From positions 750,001 to 782,000 of the forward strand of contig CP010424.1 in assembly GCA_000830275.1 (NCBI GenBank): 32,000 nucleotides of DNA. Reading direction: 5' to 3'. The stretch's first letter is position 1. Each line of letters opens with the position of its first letter. This document shows, in pieces, positions 28,444 to 32,000 of this stretch. A model generated the notes under the pieces. It was not told the origin of the DNA, made no database searches, and saw nothing but the letters and a program-made list of their open reading frames with translations. The stretch comes from an archaeon GW2011_AR10. Its GTDB lineage: Archaea; Iainarchaeota; Iainarchaeia; Iainarchaeales; GW2011-AR10. The position numbers were made by a program, and so were the translations under genes.

Positions 28444-31400
28444 TTGTTTTCAATTTTCTTTGGCTTGAAAGGTGGTTTTTTGGCTGGATTTGAAGTGCAT
28501 GGCTATAAAGTAGGCAAGCTGAATGATTATAGCTGGGAGATTCCTGTTTCAGTAAAGCAAGGCATGAATGTTCCTGCAAGGATTTTTGCTTCAGAGAAAC
28601 TGCTGAAAGAAATGGATCCGGGGGTTTTTGATCAGATAACTAATGTCGCTTGCTTGCCCGGAATACAGAAGGCAGCAATGGCAATGAGTGACGCGCACTG
28701 GGGCTACGGTTTTCCGATTGGAGGAGTGGCAGCATTTGACTTGGAGGAAGGAATTATTAGTCCTGGCGGAATCGGTTTTGATATTAACTGCATTTATGGC
28801 GGCGCCAAAATCCTCAGCGAATTTGGGTACACAAAAAACATGATTGATTTTGAGGGTTTATGGCAGAAAGAAATAATAAAGTGCAGTGATTTTTCAAATG
28901 AAGTTACAGGAACAACAATTAATGCATTTATGAAGAGCCTTGGAAAGAAAGCCTATAAAATAACCACGGAAACAGGAAAGGAAATAATTGCTTCATCCGA
29001 CCATCGCTTTTACACGAAAAATGGGATGAAAAAGGTTTCAGAAATGGAAAATGGGTTCGTGGCTGTTTTTCCTTTTGAGGGAAACGAGTTCGAAAAGCCA
29101 AAACAAAAGCTTCTTGTTGATGAAAAGATTATTAGGAAAGCATACAAGGGCAATGAAAATGGGTTTAACCAGATAATAAAATTCCTTAAAGGCAGAGGGC
29201 TTCTGCCGATTTATTTAGACAGCGAAAAACTTCCTTATCTTGCAAAAATTTGCGGATTTGTTCAAGGCGATGGTACGCTACAATTCTTCAAGAAAGGGGA
29301 TGCCGCAGCCCACTTCTATGGAAAAAAAGAGGATTTGGAAACAATCAAGGCAGATATCAAAAAGCTGGGCTTTGAATCGCAAATATACTCAAGAAATAGG
29401 CACCACAAGTTTGAAACTTATTACGGAATCTCGCAATTCGATTACTTAGAGCATTCGCTTCATTGCAGTTCAACAGCATTTGCATTGCTCCTGAAATGCC
29501 TTGGCTGTACGGCTGGAAACAAGGTTAAGCAGGAATGGTTTGTTCCAGAGTGGATTTTAAGTTCTACAAAGTGGCTGAAAAGGCTTTATCTTGCTGCCTT
29601 TTTTGGCGCGGAGCTTACGACACCAAAAACGGTTACAAGGCACGGCTACAACTTTTATAATCCAACCCTTTCACTCAACAAAAAACTGGAGTTAAGGGAA
29701 AGCGGCTGGAAACTTTTGGGGCAAATACAGTCAATGTTAGATGAATTCTGCGTGGCAAGCTCAACAATAGCTGAAAGAGAAGAATTCACGAATAAGATAG
29801 GAGAGATTTCTGTGAGGCAAAGGCTGCAGGTTTCGGCAGAGCCGGAAAATCTGATTAGGTTTTGGAGCAGAATAGGTTTTGAGTATAATGCAGAAAAAAC
29901 TTTCCTTGCCAATGCAGCAATAGCTTACCTTCAGATTAAGGAAATGGTGATAGAACAGAGGGAGAAAAGCTCTCAGATTGCAATAGAGCTGAAGCAGCAG
30001 GGCTTCACCTTGAAAGAGGTTCATGAACAAATTGGAAACGAGTTTGTTAATGAAAGATTCATTGCAAGAAGTATTTGGGGAGGGAGGAAAACCGGGGCAA
30101 GAGTTGCGTCAAAATTCCGAAAATTTGATGAATTCATAAAAGAAAGAATAAAAGGGTTAGGAAAAACAGGGTTTGTTTGGGAAAAGGTTGCCTCAATAGA
30201 AGAAACAGAATTCAATGATTATCTGTATGACTTTAACGTTGCGAATGAAAACCACAATTTTATCGCAAACGGTTTCCTTTCAAGCAACTGCGGCATGCGG
30301 CTGGTTTTGACTGATTTAACAGCAAAAGAAGTTCAGCCGAAAATAAAGGAGCTTGTTAATACTTTGTTTGAAAAAGTTCCTGTCGGGGTTGGAAGAAAGG
30401 GTTCAGTGAAACTTGACAGGAAAAATTTTGATGAGCTGATGGTGGAAGGAGTCAACTGGTGCATTGAGAACGGCTATGGATGGGAGGAAGACGCAAAAAA
30501 AATCGAGGAGCATGGAGCAATAAAGGGAGCAAATCCAGGGAAGGTGAGTGAGAAGGCAAGGCAGCGCGGCATAAGCCAGCTTGGAACTTTAGGAAGCGGT
30601 AACCACTACTTGGAGGTGCAGCTTGCTCACGCTGAAAACATTTTTGATGCAAAGGCAGCAAAAGCTCTCGGCATTCATTCGCCAGAGCAGGTTGTGGTGA
30701 TGGTGCATTGCGGGAGCAGGGGCTTTGGGCACCAAATTGCAACCGATTATCTTGTAGTATTTGAGAAGGCAATGCAGAAATATGGCATTAACGTGAAAGA
30801 CAGGCAGCTTGCCTGTGCGCCATTCAACAGCAAGGAAGGAAAAGACTATTATTCTGCAATGGTCTGTGCTGCGAACAGCGCTTTCTGCAACAGGCAGGTT
30901 ATAGTGCACCAAATAAGGGAAAGCTTTAAGGAAGTGTTCAGGCAAGATCCTGAGAAAATGGGGATGCATATTGTTTATGATGTGGCACACAACATTGCAA
31001 AAGTGGAAGAGCATGTAGTTGAGGGAAAAAAGAAAAAGCTTGTTGTTCACAGGAAAGGTGCAACAAGGAGCTTTGCCCCGGGTCACGAGGAACTGTGGGG
31101 GGTTTACAAGGAAATAGGGCAGCCTGTAATTGTAGGCGGCAGCATGGAAACAGGTTCTTACGTATGCGTTGGAACACAAAAAGCGATGGATGAAACTTTT
31201 GGGAGCACAATGCATGGAAGTGGAAGAACAATGAGCAGGGCAAAAGCGAAAAAAATTGTGCGAGGGGATACCCTGCAGAAGGACATGGAGAAACGCGGCA
31301 TCTATGTAAAGGCTGCTTCATACTCAGGATTAGCAGAAGAGGCAGGACTTGCTTACAAAAATATTTCAGAGGTTGTTGACTCAATGGATAAACTAGGGGT

Positions 31401-31449
31401 AAGTAGAAAAGTTGCTGCATTAAGCCCCATAGGGAACATAAAAGGCTGA
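28444..31449 (+). CDS. rtcB: RNA 3'-phosphate/tRNA-splicing ligase RtcB, interrupted by an intein (precursor 1001 aa)
   Basis: Extein motifs are DAHWGYGFPIGG, GGIGFDIN|...|CGMRL, GSGNHYLEVQ, HCGSRGFGHQ, DVAHNIAKVE and GSTMHGSGR (GMP-histidine loop). The start is uncertain: TTG 28444, TTG 28480 and GTG 28495 are all possible, with GGTGG at 28471-28475. Confidence 0.95.
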   Translation: MFSIFFGLKGGFLAGFEVHGYKVGKLNDYSWEIPVSVKQGMNVPARIFASEKLLKEMDPGVFDQITNVACLPGIQKAAMAMSDAHWGYGFPIGGVAAFDLEEGIISPGGIGFDINCIYGGAKILSEFGYTKNMIDFEGLWQKEIIKCSDFSNEVTGTTINAFMKSLGKKAYKITTETGKEIIASSDHRFYTKNGMKKVSEMENGFVAVFPFEGNEFEKPKQKLLVDEKIIRKAYKGNENGFNQIIKFLKGRGLLPIYLDSEKLPYLAKICGFVQGDGTLQFFKKGDAAAHFYGKKEDLETIKADIKKLGFESQIYSRNRHHKFETYYGISQFDYLEHSLHCSSTAFALLLKCLGCTAGNKVKQEWFVPEWILSSTKWLKRLYLAAFFGAELTTPKTVTRHGYNFYNPTLSLNKKLELRESGWKLLGQIQSMLDEFCVASSTIAEREEFTNKIGEISVRQRLQVSAEPENLIRFWSRIGFEYNAEKTFLANAAIAYLQIKEMVIEQREKSSQIAIELKQQGFTLKEVHEQIGNEFVNERFIARSIWGGRKTGARVASKFRKFDEFIKERIKGLGKTGFVWEKVASIEETEFNDYLYDFNVANENHNFIANGFLSSNCGMRLVLTDLTAKEVQPKIKELVNTLFEKVPVGVGRKGSVKLDRKNFDELMVEGVNWCIENGYGWEEDAKKIEEHGAIKGANPGKVSEKARQRGISQLGTLGSGNHYLEVQLAHAENIFDAKAAKALGIHSPEQVVVMVHCGSRGFGHQIATDYLVVFEKAMQKYGINVKDRQLACAPFNSKEGKDYYSAMVCAANSAFCNRQVIVHQIRESFKEVFRQDPEKMGMHIVYDVAHNIAKVEEHVVEGKKKKLVVHRKGATRSFAPGHEELWGVYKEIGQPVIVGGSMETGSYVCVGTQKAMDETFGSTMHGSGRTMSRAKAKKIVRGDTLQKDMEKRGIYVKAASYSGLAEEAGLAYKNISEVVDSMDKLGVSRKVAALSPIGNIKG
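28789..30288 (+). mobile_element. 500-aa full-length intein with a LAGLIDADG homing endonuclease, inserted in RtcB before the conserved active-site Cys
   Basis: The intein begins with Cys1 (CIYGGAKIL) directly after DIN. Block B is IASSDHRF. The two LAGLIDADG motifs are LAKICGFVQGDGTL (about 29233-29280) and LYLAAFFGAELT (about 29580-29620). Block F is YLYDFNVANENHNFIANG, and the C-terminus is ...FLSSN followed by the +1 Cys of CGMRL. Removing it restores the canonical GGIGFDINCGMRL. Confidence 0.9.
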
Positions 31450-31470
31450 TGCCGTAGGCTTTTTTTCGCC

Positions 31471-31489
31471 AGCCTTTTTTTAAAAGGCT
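31471..31489 (+). terminator. Hairpin AGCCTTTT-TTT-AAAAGGCT within T-rich sequence downstream of rtcB
   Basis: An 8-bp perfect stem read directly. T7 runs at 31460-31466 and 31475-31481 are typical archaeal termination signals. Confidence 0.4.
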
Positions 31490-31635
31490 GATGGGTAAGG
31501 CTTCAAATCGCCTTATTGAGGCCTTAAAATGGCAGAAAAAAGCCGTAATTCACTAATTACGGTGAAGAGGGGAAACATTTATATATTTCTTTAGCAGCAA
31601 TCTATATGCCACTGCACAGTGGTGTCGGGACGAAA

Positions 31636-32000
31636 ATGAGTTTAAAGCAAATTTTTTTGCTGTTGATTTCAACTTTAGCTTTGGCCAGCTTTGCGAATGC
31701 ATTTTATGTTGGTTACACTGACAGCGACTTTTATTTCGAAATTTATTCTGGCGAAAATTACGGGTTCGTTGATGTTCCTTACTCTTATTATTACGAGGAC
31801 TGGTATTACTTTGACTACCCTTACAGAGTGAACTATTTCGGAAACTATTACTATTATGAGCCTGGATGGTACCAGTATTCTCCAAGTTATTGGAATTATG
31901 ACCCTTACGCGTACTCTTACTATGCAACTGACTATTATTTTTACGGCGGGGCTTGGACCTATTATCCGGGATGGACAACCGTTTATGCCCCAACATATTA
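31636..32000 (+). CDS. Secreted tyrosine-rich protein (5' partial; runs off the window end)
   Basis: My own translation is MSLKQIFLLLISTLALASFANA|FYVGYTDSDFYFEIYSGENYGFVDVPYSYYYEDWYYFDYPYRVNYFGNYYYYEPGWYQYSPSYWNYDPYAYSYYATDYYFYGGAWTYYPGWTTVYAPTY... It has no stop before the window end. There is a canonical signal peptide with an AxA site, and TTTATATA lies about 50 nt upstream (31578-31585). It is absent from the ORF track, presumably because it lacks a stop. Confidence 0.6.
   Translation, partial: MSLKQIFLLLISTLALASFANAFYVGYTDSDFYFEIYSGENYGFVDVPYSYYYEDWYYFDYPYRVNYFGNYYYYEPGWYQYSPSYWNYDPYAYSYYATDYYFYGGAWTYYPGWTTVYAPTY

Noticed and set aside
29240-29449. 69-aa plus-strand ORF nested in the intein region
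   Set aside because: It is out of frame within the intein endonuclease domain, whose own frame carries the LAGLIDADG motifs. There is no independent support.
31553-31996. Minus-strand 147-aa ORF (K/R/N/S-rich) listed in the ORF track
   Set aside because: It is low-complexity antisense of the Tyr-codon-rich (TAT/TAC) plus-strand frame, which cannot generate stops in that reverse frame. It has no recognisable motifs. The plus-strand frame has a canonical signal peptide and an upstream TATA-like box, so I favour the plus strand.

Overview
Gene-dense archaeal chromosomal segment, apparently mostly core housekeeping genes. The lineage has split rpoB (B''/B') and split rpoA (A'/A''). It is Euryarchaeota- or DPANN-like, but I cannot place it from sequence alone.

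Left third: a complete sufC-sufB-sufD-sufS-sufU Fe-S assembly operon, then a geranylgeranyl-reductase-family flavoprotein, a THUMP-less ThiI PP-loop protein (minus strand), a small Rieske protein and a cis-prenyltransferase (UppS). A minus-strand operon follows: rbkR (wHTH plus CTP-dependent riboflavin kinase), ribC, ribH and ogg. Next is an MscS-type channel.

Middle: the canonical archaeal transcription/translation supercluster rpoH-rpoB''-rpoB'-rpoA'-rpoA''-rpl30e-nusA-rps12-rps7-aEF2-aEF1alpha-rps10.

Right end: archease, a 784-aa cysteine-rich secreted/anchored protein, and rtcB interrupted by a 500-aa LAGLIDADG intein. Last is a signal-peptide-bearing, roughly one-third-tyrosine ORF that runs off the window and is absent from the supplied ORF track.

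I see no rRNA, no convincing tRNA, no CRISPR array, no transposase or integrase, and no recognisable multi-gene defence system.

The observations most worth follow-up:
- The two unusual secreted proteins flanking rtcB, one carrying a PET/TM/RGKK tripartite C-terminus.
- The rtcB intein, inserted at the catalytic cysteine.
- A repeated TAGCAAACAGC motif upstream of both rbkR and the flavoprotein gene.
- Two 13-nt direct repeats that duplicate stop-codon regions (the rpoB''/B' junction and the rtcB 3' end).
- A lysine-rich N-terminal extension on RpoA''.
- A GC-rich structured element in the mscS-rpoH spacer.

All functional calls come from reading motifs in the translated ORFs. No database search was possible.
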